NCBI RefSeq assembly: GCF_018977255.1 | Contig: NW_024704742.1 | Coordinates: forward strand, 93,002,001 to 93,066,000 | Reading direction: 5' to 3' | DNA from: Callorhinchus milii | Taxonomy: Eukaryota | Length of the DNA: 64,000 nucleotides | Shown here: positions 23,898 through 36,339 of the stretch, piece after piece | Layout: every line of letters starts with the position of its first letter | How positions within the stretch are numbered: position 1 is the stretch's first letter | Translations under genes and position numbers: made by a program | The notes under the pieces: model-generated | The model's input: only the letters and a program-made list of their open reading frames with translations | The model's database searches: none | Told to the model about the DNA's origin: nothing

Positions 23898-23966
23898 CTA
23901 ACACCCAATGACTTTTATACACACTCACAACGCAGAGAAAGCAACTCTGTGGAATCCCTTCTGAAG
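23898..23966 (+). other. Candidate 69-nt non-coding exon, possibly 5' UTR of the OR
   Basis: Acceptor atttgcttttcag and strong donor AAG|gtaaga in TE-free sequence. The OR coding exon has an acceptor and so needs an upstream exon. The linkage is inferred only. Confidence 0.35.
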
Positions 23967-24619
23967 GTAAGAAGTAAAATCTTTGCTAATTCGGATTTAA
24001 AAATAGTTTTACTGGTATAAGCATAATGTGATAAGGAGTTATTTATCAATAAACTTCAGTTTTAGGCCAAATTGCTTTGATATTTTTTGTTGATAATGTT
24101 GGGTTAAAATTCTAGGAAAAATGTAAACTTTTTATACATTTCTAAAGAAGGCAAAACTAAAAACAAATGTTGGGCTGCATTATGTCTTTTTTGAAAATAT
24201 TTAAATGACTTCATATAGAAATGTAGGTTTTTCATATGTGCACTCAAAAAAAAAGAACTAAATGATGACATGTCAATATGTCTCTGCTCTTCAGAAAAAG
24301 CTGCAAAATATAAATATTTATTAATAATAATGTTTCATGTAAAAAAATAAACATCTTGAAATGCCTTATAAAATAGAAATGAAGTGAATGAAATGAAGGA
24401 TTACACAGGCAAAGGTGGCAACTAATCTGCACCAGAAAAAAAACCGTGAACAATGAAATGAGCAGCCAATTCATTTATAACTTAAATGAAAAAAAATGAA
24501 TGATGAATCTTTAGATGAAGGAATTATCTTCAATGGTATCACAATCTTTGAAAATCTATTATATGCGCGTACATTGCTCAGACTCACTTGTAACACTGAA
24601 TTTTTAATAGTTTGGTTAC

Positions 24620-24815
24620 ACAGTATATTTGGTCTGGCGGGTTGCCTTGCAGTCTTTCACCTGCAGGACTGGAGTTCAAATCAGGACCCAGACTGGTGGG
24701 ACTGGTGTCCTTAAGACTATTGGCTGATATGAAATGAGTTTGGGAATTTCAATGCCATTCTTAAAAACTCTTATGAGAGTGATAAACTGGCAATCTCAGC
24801 CAGACAAACTACATT
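24620..24815 (+). mobile_element. LF-SINE-like relic
   Basis: ctttcacctgcaggactggagttcaaatc, tatgaaatgagtttgg and tggcaatctcagc occur in the same order as in the recalled LF-SINE consensus. Confidence 0.55.
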
Positions 24816-27800
24816 GATGGTAGATGGTTAGTCTAACAAATGAAAATATTTATGATATAACCCTTTCATTTGATATAGCACTTATCACAGTGAAATGTCT
24901 CTGAAGAATTCACTGTTAAGTGTAGGTATTGTGTATTTGAAGGCTATTGCAGCAATGTCTCACCAACAACCATGAAGTAAATCACCAAATTATCTGGAGG
25001 ATTTTTGGCAAGGACACGAGGAGAATAGTACCACTTTTTGAATCACACCAATAGTTTCTTTGACACTCAATCTGAACAGGTAGATGGAACGTTGGTTTTC
25101 TTTTTGGTCAGCTGGATATTTGACACACGTGCAAACCCCTCAGCATACTTAACAGTATCCAAACCAGACTTCCTCATTATCCGTCTGGCTCAAGAACCAG
25201 ACTACCGAGATCACCACATCATTAAGTGTTGAATAAATGTTGAACCATTTTGTGCACTACAAGTTTCCACAAACAGCCATGAAGTGAATGAATAATCAAA
25301 TAACCAATTATCACTAATAGTTGAATGAATGCAACATAAATATTGCAATCATAATAATCAAATGCATTTGATATAGTGTTTTATCATATTTTTGAGACTT
25401 CCTAAAGCATTTCATAGGATTTACTGAAAGGTGAAGTGATTGTGTGTTTGTGAATACTTCACTTTATAGTAAATCCTGTGAATGTGACAGTCTATTTGGT
25501 TAACAGCAATGTTCCACAAATAATAATAATAATCCTTGCATTTGATATAGCACTTTTCACGTCTTCTAGACGTCCCAAAGCACTTCACAGAATATACTGT
25601 AAAGTGAATTGACTGTATATTTGTGAGCGAACGCGGCAGCCAATTGCGCACAGCATTTAGCCATGAAGGCATCAAATAGCCATGAAGTGAACGATCAGTT
25701 TTATCTGGGAGATTTAAAGTGAAGTACATAATAGTACAGTTATAGAACATAATAGTACTAAACTAGCAAGCAGAGCACATCATAAAGAGCTCTTATTATT
25801 GTAAAGCTCTTGATCTGCTTTGTCAGCTAATTCACACTCATAACGTTTTTTGCACAGCTCCTTCCAGCTCCCATTTTTCAGGCATATAGCATAGCAAGTA
25901 AAATGAAACAAGATTCAATATAAATACAAGCTTATCAAACAGAGCATTTTTCCCATTTTTTTTCTTCTGTTCCTCTCTGAAGCTACTAACTCGTGTTGAG
26001 ATATAAATACATTCATCTCATTTATGAGGCTGTAGGTATAACAGCTTTACAACTGGGAGGGGTTCCAATATTAGCATCAAGCATAGCAGAGTGGAGTTTT
26101 TCCTGGTTTGCCCCAACAATATTCCTCAGACTCAAACTCGAAAAGAGCACCAATGTGAATTTTTTTCATCTTGCAGACCCTCTGAGCAAGACTGCCAACT
26201 GAAGGCCAAATTATGGATCTGTGCTGTGGGAAAATGCTTACTATGAAATGGAATAAAACTATCTTCAGTCCCATTGAAACATGTTTTTTTGTTCCCCAAA
26301 GAAGCCAAGTCATGTATTGCAAACTACAAGGGAAGGCCCATGAAATTCCAAACCTCATTCCACATGCAGAGTGAGCCAATTATTTTAAGCAAATATTTGC
26401 ACTGATGAATCTTGTTTATAGATTCTGAAGGTTATTTTTAATTGTTAAATTGTTCTAACCAGACAACCTAGCTCCCAGGCAGGACCTCATGTCTAACTGT
26501 ATATGAGTAAGATTTACTGGCATCAAGAACAAGCAACAAATTGCCCTCTGATATCAGTAGTGCATCATGTCTGAAAGTAATGGACCAACCAAATAAAGGA
26601 ACAAATGCTCATCTGATTTCACTCAACCACTTAACTTGTTTATTACAGTTCAACCCTGTTTAAACAATTTTGTTGCTGAGAAACAATTGATGTTTGCTTC
26701 TCAGTATAAACATAAAGCCTGGAAAATACTGTAAGACTCAAAAACTATTTGGAAAGTCTTCTCAAAGTGTCAGCAATCATCATCGTCACCATCTGGATTT
26801 TCTAACTATTCTTACAGTACAGAGTACAGGCAAAATCTAGCAGCACATAGAATATTGCAATGTTTCCATACTTTGAAGAGAGCTATAAGCTTCCATCTAG
26901 ATTCAGTCCCAAGTTAAAGCAGTTCTGCTCGATTGGCTCATGGGATAGATGCAATGTCACTGTAGCATTGAGCCATGCCAATCTGGAATCAATACTGAGT
27001 TTGTTCTGGTTTAACTGATCTCTGCCAAGGTGACAATTATAGGAGGGGCTACAGTTGGCTTCAGTATCCTGGTGCTAAGAATACAAAATGTTTCTGATCT
27101 TGATCAGGGCCATGATTCCCTACAAAATATACAGTCACTACACTAATCTTTTGAAGCACTTTGAGATGTCCTCCCCATGTGAAAGGTTGTATGTCAAATA
27201 CAAGGATTATTTTATATGTGAAATAAAGCAAATTAAAATGTAAACAATACAAAGTAACAGGTAAGGTGTGGTAAGTGCGGGAAATGTACCTTAATTTGAA
27301 TTAACCATTCAGAAGAAGCTGGTTCCCTTTCACTAGATCTCATCGATTGAACTTTCAGCCAATGAGACCACCAACCAATCAGAATCAGCACTGTTTTGTA
27401 ATTTATTAATAGTTAAATACAGTTCCCAGAGGAGACCTTATGTAGGTACAGAAGTATCTTCACATTATAGGGAAATTGTGATGGCTGGTTACTGGTGTTA
27501 AGTTGTCAGTGTGAAAATAAAGGACCTCACAAGCAGCATGGCCAAAAGTGAGCTCAAATATCCCATTCCGATTAGGGAATTGAATCCAGTTACAAGGCCA
27601 GAACACTGCTTCACTACATTCTTTTAGAAAACAAAATTAGTTAACATAATCGAAAATATTTAGTGTACATGAGGGAGAAAAATGCAACAGTGATGTTATC
27701 ACATTGAACAAAAATGTTTTACTCCTGAGACTAGTGGTAACTGTTGTCTGACTGTGACTGCATTTTTGGTCAACGGGATAATTATCACATGTGATAAAAT

Positions 27801-29235
27801 CACATGTCGCATTTTTCAGAGGGAGAAATTTCACCTGGGACGAGATTTAATCTGTTTTCCTAACATTTCATAGAATCCAGGATTTGGGAATTTCTCAATA
27901 GGGTCTTAATTGTGAATCTGTTTCTCTGTAAGTTTTTTTAAAGAACCGAGAGAAAACCACCATCAAAGTTAAGACTGTGTTCAAGAATTTGCCAAATTCA
28001 GCACATTTTAAAATGGTCAGATAATGTCCTCCTGATGTGAAAGGCGCTATACAAATATAATTTTGTTGCTGTTGTTGATAAAGTAAATTTAGATCCAGGT
28101 GGAATTTCTACCACTATCTTAAATAGTGTTTTTTTTAGGGATTTTAATCTTCTATTTGTAATGTTGATCTGTCTCTGGTTAGCTTTCTGGAACTCATCTC
28201 AGATGCCATCCTCATATCAGCTCCTTTCGTCTTTCCTCCTCCTAACAATGTGCTACGAGTCCAATTACAATCAACTGAAATCCGCCAATTCAGCTCAAGT
28301 GATTTTTCTTATTACAAGACCTATAGAGTCTTTGAAGGCTAGAAACTCAGACAAAATAATACATGGTATAAAAATTCTCAATTTTGTACATCTGTGGAGG
28401 ATAATAAAGATGCTCACTGCACAGGTGATTCACAACGTATTGTGTATGAACTGTACCATTAATATACAACATTGATTCAAAAAGAGTTATCTGTAAGTAT
28501 AAGGCACTGCTATGTAATTCATCAAGAGTTAAACACATTTCTCAGACGAAACCTTATATAGGTACATAAGTCACTTCACATTATTGGGAAAGACCCCAAC
28601 ACAAAGTTATACCAAGGCACTGGGACAAGAGGGCACAGGTTGTATTGTAAAGCATTGTAAAGGGCACATTTAGGATACACACCAGGAAACATTTCTTTAC
28701 ATAAAGATTTATCACCATCTTGAAAATCAAGGAAAATTGGTTGAGGCCCTTTCTCTGGACTCATTTAAGAAACAGCTTGATGCTGCAACAGGAAGATGGT
28801 AGGGTGATATTCTAGAAGAAGAAAACCAAATGGGCTGAAAGGCCTTTTTATGCAAATCTCTGTTGTATTCTGTCATGTCATTCGTCATTCTCTGTGTAGC
28901 AGATATATGGGGAGAAATACCACCTGGGTCTAGATTTTCACTATTATAGTATGTGACAAAATGTGGAATTCAGTCTTACCTTTGAAGACAGTTCTTGGAA
29001 AAACATACAGAAAAACGATTTTGAAAGTAAAACTGTCCTTAAGAATTTACCAAATTCTAAATGATCTAAAATGTGACATAAATGAAGTAAATCTAAACCC
29101 AAGAGGTATTTTTCTCTTTCAAGGCGTTACTGTATCTTCATATGATTAAAAGTTTTATGTTGTTATTATGCTTTTAGATATGTTGAAAACAACCAACAGA
29201 TTTTATAAATTATCACAATACTTAATAGTGATATT

Positions 29236-30550
29236 TCCTTCCCAAAGCCTGGAACGCATTGTTGCAGGTAAACTTCGGTCATACTTCTCCCTTCTCTCCC
29301 TCCTCGAGCCCCTGCAGTCTGGTTTTCGCCCTGCGCAGAGCACAGAGACAGCGCTTGTTAAAGTCCGCAAATTCTATTTGTGACCAGGGATTCCTCTGCC
29401 TCCACGTCCTCCTGGATCTCTTTGCCGCATTCAACACAGTCGACCAAACCATCCTCCTCCACCACCTCTCCTCCCTCATCCACTTTAATGGGACCAAACT
29501 CGCATGGTTTGAGTCCTACTCCAAATTAAACTTCCTGCAGCTGAAGTTGGATAAGAAGGAAGCCATACTCCTTGGCTCCCATTAATGTCCACTCCTGTGG
29601 ATAAAAATAAGAACTTGCATTTGATATCGTGCCTTATCGCATCTTCGAGACGTTCAAAGCGCTTCACAGAATATACTGTAAAGTGAATTAATTGTATATT
29701 TTGTGGGTGAAACACGACAGCTAATTGTACACAGCAGTGTCCCACAAATAGTCAAGGATTGAGGGACCAAATCATTATTGTTTTTTTCGAGAGATTATTA
29801 TCAGGAGTGTGGAGTAAGGAAACTTGCCCAAGGTTTCGTCCTGCCGGGAATCAAATTTCGCTTGTGAAATGAGTGCTCTAACCACTGAGCTACAAGACTC
29901 CTCAACCTCCCTGGGCTCTCCCTCAGACTCACCGAACCAGTGTGCAATCTAGGCATCCGGTTTGACCCCCAGCTGTCCTTCCTCCCCCACATCCGGTCCC
30001 TGACCAAGCCCGTCTTCTTCCACGTCCGCCACATTGCCTGCCTTCCACCGTACCTTACCCCAAATGCAGCCGAAACCCTTGTGTATGCATTTGTCACCTC
30101 TCGCCTGGATTACTCAAAAGCACTCCTCGCTGGTCTCCCCAGCTCCACTATTCAAAAAATCCAACTCATTCAGAACTCTGTGTCCCTCATACTGGCCCGG
30201 ACCAAACTCCATACCCACATCTCACCAGTTCTGGCCGGGTTTCACTGGCTCCCATCACTGAACGAATCGACTTCAAGATCCTAACACTCGTGTTCAAATC
30301 CATTCATTCTCTGACACCTCCCTACCTCTCCAACCTCCTCACTCCCCAATCCACCACCCGGCACCTCCGCTCGACTGGCACCGACCTCCTGCTCGTCCCT
30401 TGTACCCTCCGCCCCACCGTCGGATGTCGCACTTTTAGCCACTACACCCCGAAATTCTGGAACATTCTCCCTCAGTCACTCCATCTTTCTCCCTCTCTCC
30501 CTTCTTTCAAGTCCTGCCTGAAAACCTTCCTCTTCAACCGTGCTTATGGT
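29236..30550 (+). mobile_element. L2 LINE fragment with internal deletions, ending about 65 bp before the OR splice acceptor
   Basis: QSGFRPAQSTETAL, LLDLFAAFNTVD, AFVTSRLDY, HISPVLAGFHWLP and FKSCLKTFLF. Confidence 0.93.
29608..29900 (-). mobile_element. tRNA-derived SINE nested in L2
   Basis: Head cactgagctacaagactcc and tail cttgcatttgatat interrupt L2 ORF2 sequence. Confidence 0.88.
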
Positions 30551-30626
30551 CATTGTTTCATTCATTGTTTAATTTAAATTCCGTGAATCATTAACTTTAA
30601 GTTATCTGCTTTCAGGTAGAAGGAGC

Positions 30627-31643
30627 ATGAAGTGTGAAGGAACTATCAATGCTGCTTGTGCTTGCGATCGACCAGAGATAGATTTTCCAATGAATGTAAC
30701 TGAACGCTCTTCCAATGTCACTCTAACAGGCTTTTGTGGGGAACCGTGTGTAAACCATGTGCTACAGTCCTTCTCCATCATCATGTACATCTTGTGTCTT
30801 CTGTTCAACTTCTTGGTCATCTTTGGAGTCTTTCTTTCAAGACAACTGAAGAAACCAATGTACTTGTTGATGTTAAACCTTGCCATCACTGACCTGGTGG
30901 GATGCAGCGCAAATGTGTGCCTGGTCTTTGATATGTTCTTTTCAGGGGAACAGTTTGTGTCAAAGGAGGCCTGCTTCGTTCAAGTGTTCTTTGTGTATTT
31001 ATTTGGTGGATTGTTGTGCGGAGCCATCACCACGATGGCAGTGGATCGTTTCATTGCCATCTGCCATCCTTTTTCATACCTTCACATCTTCAAGTGGAAA
31101 AATATATTGAAAATAATGATGGCGGTGTGGGCTGTATCTCTGGTGATGGCCTTTGTGTATGTGGGACTGTGTGTGAAGATGTTGAGACAGCCTGTGGTTG
31201 TTCGGGGCTTGATGTGCGATCACCTTTCTCTCAGCAACGTTGTGCAGGACCGGTTAAACTTTGATTTTATTTACAATGTTTTCATGTCAGTCGGTCTCAT
31301 TCTAGTCTGCAGTGCTTTACAGTGTTACACGTACCGTCAAATATTTGCCGAAATCAACAAGTCCAATGATCGTGAAATGGCTCAGAGTTCAAAATCTAAA
31401 TTGGTGAAGCACCTCTTCATACCATTAAGTACATATGTTGTTGGCTTTTCCATGCTCTGCGTCACGATTGTCGACCATTTTGTTTGCCATCCATATGTGA
31501 TTAACACAAAGGTCATCTTCCAGTTTATTTATTACACTACAGTTCCTGTGCTGAATCCAATCATTTATGGTCTTCATATCACAGAGCTGAGAAAACATCT
31601 GTTGCACTTTCTGAACACCCAGATGGTTTCTTTATTCTCATGA
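30627..31643 (+). CDS. Odorant receptor (OR family, class A GPCR), single coding exon, intact 338 aa ORF; atypical/divergent member
   Basis: Seven hydrophobic segments and OR motifs LKKPMY (LHxPMY), CFVQVFF, MAVDRFIAICHP (MAYDRYVAICxP), ECL2 MCD and PVLNPIIYGL. N-glycosylation sequons NVT after the second Met (30690). Splice acceptor tctgctttcag ends at 30615, 11 nt before the ATG. Confidence 0.93.
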   Translation: MKCEGTINAACACDRPEIDFPMNVTERSSNVTLTGFCGEPCVNHVLQSFSIIMYILCLLFNFLVIFGVFLSRQLKKPMYLLMLNLAITDLVGCSANVCLVFDMFFSGEQFVSKEACFVQVFFVYLFGGLLCGAITTMAVDRFIAICHPFSYLHIFKWKNILKIMMAVWAVSLVMAFVYVGLCVKMLRQPVVVRGLMCDHLSLSNVVQDRLNFDFIYNVFMSVGLILVCSALQCYTYRQIFAEINKSNDREMAQSSKSKLVKHLFIPLSTYVVGFSMLCVTIVDHFVCHPYVINTKVIFQFIYYTTVPVLNPIIYGLHITELRKHLLHFLNTQMVSLFS

Positions 31644-32320
31644 AATTGGGATGGATTAAACCATTTTGGAGTCAGTGTTAGGATTTTTAACGTGCATGTG
31701 GAGAAAAGTAAAATTCCCCTAGCCGCTGCCAAATATATCCTTTCAAAGACAGTATGGTTTTATTGCTCTTGGATTTCTTTACATGTGAAAACCTTCTTCT
31801 TCTCTGAATAATAATTAATAATAATAGGGTGTGGCAAAGGGGATTTGCACACTGTTCTTAAATCTCTGAACTCTGGATCTACTTCCAGTCCAGGCTCATT
31901 AGACAAAAGTCTCCTCTCTTAGCCTTTTGTGAATATCCCATTTGAATCTTATTAAATGTCAGGGCAGGCTCAAGGGACTGAATGGCCTACTCCTGCTCCT
32001 ATTTCTTATGTTCTTATGTTCTTGTGAATTTACTTTGGTTGATCTTAACTCGATTCTTTGCAGTACAGGAACTGGGTTAATTTGATCTAAATTGGCAACC
32101 TGACTGAGCAAGACCACAAGAATGACTGTAAAAAATTGTGGTGGTGCAGTACATAGGAACACATAGGAATTTAAGAACAAGAGAATGCCATTTGGCCCAT
32201 GAAGCCCATTCTACCACAAAGCTCTCTAGGGTACCACGCTGTACCATTTACCTTAATTCCATTCCCTGCCTTCTTGCTGTATCCTATAAATAAAGTTTTG
32301 TCACTTTAATCTACGACTGT

Positions 32321-33584
32321 ATCATAGAATCATAGAATCGTACAGTATAAAAAGAGGCCATTCAGCCCATTCGAGTCTGTGCCGGCTCTTTGAAAAGAGC
32401 AATGTAATGTCAATAATAATAATAATAATAATAATCCTTGCATTTGATATAGCGCTTTTCACGTCGGGAGGACGTCCCAAAGCGCTTCACAGAATATACT
32501 GTAAAGTGAATTGACTGTATATTTGTGGGCGAACGCGGCAGCCAATTGCGCACAGCAATGTCCCACAAACAGTCGTAGATTGAAAATGACCAATTTATTA
32601 TTGTTTTGGGTTTTTTGGAGGGATTATTATTAGGCGTGTGGAGTAAGGAAACTTGCCCAAGGTTTCGCCCTGCCTGGAATTGAACCCAGGTGTCTTGCTT
32701 ACAAAGCAAGTGCTCTAACCACTGAGCTACAGGACTCCACACTCCAATCCCACTCCCCAGCCCTTTCCCCATAACCCTGCAAACCCGTCCTCCTCAAATA
32801 CCCATCCACCGCATTTTTAAAAGTTATTATCGAATCGGCCTCGATCACCCTTTCAGGCAATGCGTTCCAGATTCGAACAACTCGCTGCGTGAAAAAATTT
32901 CTTCTCACCTCCCCTCTGCTTCTTTTAGAGACTATTTTAAATCTGTGACCTCGAGTCACCGACACACCCACCAGTGGAAACAGTTTTTCCCTTTCTAACC
33001 TATCAAATCCCCTCATGATTTTGAAGACCTCTATTAGGTCTCCTCGTAACCTTCTCTGCTTCAATGAGAATAATCCCAGCCTCTCTAGCCTTTCCTCATA
33101 ATCAAGGTCCCTCATTCCTCGTACCATCCTCATAAATCTCCTCTGCACCCTTTCCAATGCCATAACATCCTTCCTATAGTGTGGTGCCCAGAACTGGGCG
33201 CAGTATTCTAACTGAGGCCTAACCAGTGTATTATATAGGTTAATCATAACCTCCTGACTCTTGTACTCTCTGCCCCTATTTATAAAGCCTCGTATTCCAT
33301 ATGCCCTTTTTACAGCTTTATCTACCTGTCCTGCTACCTTCAAGGATTCATTTACCTGCACCCCAGGTCTCTCTGTTCTTTCATCTCCCGTAAGATTGAT
33401 TGTATTACCAGCCTATATTGCCTCCCCTCATTCTTTCTACCAAAATGCATTACCTCGCATTTCTTCACATTGAAATTCGTCTGCCATGTGTCTGCCCATT
33501 TTACCATTCTGTCTATGTCTTCCTGCAGTTGGATACTATCCTTCTCACTGTTTACCACCCTACCCAACTTTGTGTCCTCCGCAA
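32321..33584 (-). mobile_element. CR1 LINE 3' fragment, same young family as 53109-55010
   Basis: ORF 32699-33361 is almost the same peptide as 53804-54909. Tail (catagaat)n. Interrupted by a SINE. Confidence 0.95.
32411..32738 (-). mobile_element. Young full-length tRNA-derived SINE nested in a CR1 3' UTR
   Basis: Reverse complement of the 4898 family. CR1 sequence resumes on both sides. Confidence 0.93.
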
Positions 33585-36339
33585 GTAGGACACTTTTGTG
33601 CGCAATTGGCTACCACATTTCACCCACGAATACACAGTCTATCCACTTTACAATATATTCTGTGTAGCATTTTGAGATGTCTCAATGATATTTTAAAGCT
33701 TTATATCAAATGCAAAGATTATTATTATTATTTATGTCCTTTCTGAAGTACTCTTCTGAATTGAGAATGTAGAGAGCTTTACTCTCTTTACACTCAAAAA
33801 CTGACCTGGGTGACCTGAGGCTAACTTACACTGAGGACTGAAAGCAGGGTTCTTTTTCACTGAAGTACACACTAGAACAAAGAATTTAGAGCCTCAAAGT
33901 GCAATTTCAGGACTGTCATCGGGGAGTATTTCTTATCCAGAGGTTTATCAATGATTGCACCAGGTCACCAGGAAGTGTAGTTGAGGAAGGGACACTGGAT
34001 TCATTTTATTTTAAAAATCTTCTTGTTGCTGTAATGGGAAGGCAGTAAGGTGGATGTTCTGGAAGGATGCAATCAAATCGAGTGAAAGGCCCTTCTTCAT
34101 CCAAACCAATGTGATCTTGTAGGTACTTTAATCTGAGATAACTCACCAAAAATGTAATGACACAAAGAGAAAGTTTAATCACATTATTATTGCAATTTTA
34201 AAAAGGTGCATCCAAATGCCACCCCCCGACCCCACACACTTTATATTATATCCTGTGAAGTGCTTTGACATATCCTCTTGATAAGAAAGGCGCAAGGATT
34301 AACAGCAACAACAAATTGCATTTATTACAGCGCTTTTCACGTCAGGAAGCAGTCCCAAGGACAGTCGAGGATTTGCACTCGACCTGGGGATTGGATTCGG
34401 AAGTTGTATGGGACAAGGAGAGTGGTGGGGGAGTCAGATGTCTGAAGACATAGTTAAAAAGGAAGGTCTTCAGATGGACCTTGAAGGAGTGAGGAACTCC
34501 AGGATGGAGTTCCAGAGAGTGAGTGCAGATAGGCTGAAAGCCCGAATGCCGATGGTAAGAGCAGGGGATGTGGAACAGGCCAGAGTTTGCCGAGCGGAGG
34601 TAGCTGATGTGTTGGTAGGAAGCATTATATTGTTATTATCCATCATATCAGTGGTTTCATATCTTAAGAACAATGTGTTTAATTTTTAACAATGAAATAT
34701 GCCTCTCGTCAAAACTAATACAGCAGTTCAGTAAAATATACCGCAATATCCATTATGGTGAGTTCTATAGGATTTATGAAATACAATTTCCTCCTGTGTG
34801 ATTGAACACTATATACCATTATATGACTCCAGATATCAACTTTAAGTGTTGGGCATATGCTCTGAAAATGAATACACATTTTATTGTAGCATTCATTATA
34901 ACCTGTTAGAGTAATGAATAATTCTTTGTTAGCAACCTGTTGTCACCATGTACTTAACGAAGGAATAAGTTAATATCTACTGATTGAGATCTTTCCTCTT
35001 GGGGAGTAATAATAATGAGTTGCAAATTAAATATCCTTCCTTGCCACTTTTATTAAACGTTTTTGAATTAAAAAAATTTAATTGGAAAATAGATTAGTGT
35101 CTTTTTTATATTCTGTCTTTATAAGATCCATTGACAAATAATGACTTCTCATGAGCAAACAAAATGATCTTTCATATCCTTCATGGCAGATGGTTAATGT
35201 ATAAATGAATTCTAGAAGTATACATGCTAATGGAAATTCATTAATTTTTTAACTTCATAAAAATTCAAACTATGTGTAAATATTTGGCTGTGTTTTCATC
35301 CTGGCATCCATAAAAGAATTCTCGGATTTTATGAGCTTTTTACCACCACCACTGGATAAGGAATAGAAAGAGAGAAAAAAAACTATTTCCATGGCACATC
35401 CGTCTAAGGCCACTCCTCGCTCCTCCCTTACCCAAACAACAATAGCTTTCCTTCACTGTTGACTCCCACCAGAAGTGTGAGGAGGAGCCAGATGTACAAT
35501 ATTCTGCCATTGTGCTGGGAAGGAGAGTGAGCGACAAACAGAACAGGCAGAAAATCAGGCTGGAAGATCAGGCTGAAGATGAGCAAAAGGGATGATTCTG
35601 TAGAAGAGAGACAGATAGATGGGCAGGTAGAGTGAGCAGCAGTAATATTGGAGATTTTCAAGTATTTTAAACCATTTACAAACTGTTTTCTTAGTATATG
35701 GACAATGGTCCTATCCCACATCCAGGACTGCTGACCAGGATTGCTTTCCTCCATCTCCGCCACATCGCCCACCTCCAAAATACCTAGGACCTAATGCAAC
35801 TGAAACCTTATATTTGCCATTTCCGCCTCAATTTTGCCCACGGTGCTGCTCGCCTGTTTCCCGAGTTTCACCTTTCATAAAATCGAACTAATTCAAAACT
35901 TTGCCGCCCGTATCTCTACCCATACCAAACTCTGTACCTTCCTCTTTGACCATGCCTACAGTCACCTCCCCTCTCTCCCTGGCTTGGCTGTCAAGCCCCT
36001 GTTGAGCTCTCCGAGATGCTACCCCACATGAGGGGTTCTATATGAATGCAAGTTGCTGTTGTTGTTGGCTCTTAGTTGCTTGAAGAGCAGGAACTTGCAA
36101 CACAGAATGGAGGTCAATATAGGTTTTAAATATTTTGTGCTATGATCTGAATCTCACCTGGAAAAACACTACCAAAAGGATTGCACCCTGTGCTGGCCTG
36201 AATTTTAAATAACTTTGCTTAAAGATAAACTTTAAAGCTGTGACATTCATTTGTAGGACACTCCAGTTTTCAAGGTTTCCACTGTAAGAAAATTAATTCA
36301 CCTTGAATTAAGCACTCAGCTCCACAGATGATTCATGTA

